The notes under the pieces were generated by a model. The model saw nothing but the letters and a program-made list of their open reading frames with translations. It had not been told where the DNA came from and made no database searches. Of a DNA stretch of 64,000 nt, positions 63,962 through 64,000 are shown piece by piece. Within the stretch, counting starts at the first letter, position 1. Each line of letters begins with the position of its first letter. The DNA is from Octopus vulgaris (lineage: Eukaryota), in assembly GCA_951406725.2 (NCBI GenBank), contig OX597833.1, positions 43,958,001 to 44,022,000 of the forward strand, in the 5' to 3' direction. The translations under genes and the position numbers were made by a program.

Positions 63962-64000
<39 letters not shown>

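Overview
Eukaryotic, AT-rich, microsatellite- and SINE-dense DNA. The repeat families look like those of octopus/coleoid cephalopods (inference from SINE sequence, not verified by search). The main genic content is a minus-strand tandem array of four paralogous, spliced two-Ig-domain genes that the ORF track does not resolve. The layout is leader exon, Ig1 exon, Ig2 exon, 33-nt linker exon and a short hydrophobic GPI-signal-like tail exon, with all coding introns in phase 1. Gene 3 (52562->34841) can be built completely as a 265-aa protein. Gene 1 runs off the left edge. Gene 2 has lost a canonical Cys and has a stop 4 nt before its retained donor. Only the 3' exons of gene 4 are present, inside a recent duplication of gene 3's 3' end. 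The Ig exons appear more diverged than the neighbouring introns, suggesting diversifying selection on a recognition receptor family. A second hidden layer is at least four families of minimal type-I hammerhead-ribozyme motifs in Penelope-like or retrozyme-like repeats, including compensatory U3-A8 and G3-C8 catalytic-core variants and a ~360-bp tandem retrozyme-like unit. The rest is transposable-element debris: a near-full-length RTE LINE, Tx1/L1, CR1, Penelope, Gypsy, pogo, mariner, Helitron, GG-terminated 8-bp-TSD MITEs, a hAT MITE and tRNA-derived SINEs. All alignments, identities and RNA structures were done by eye.
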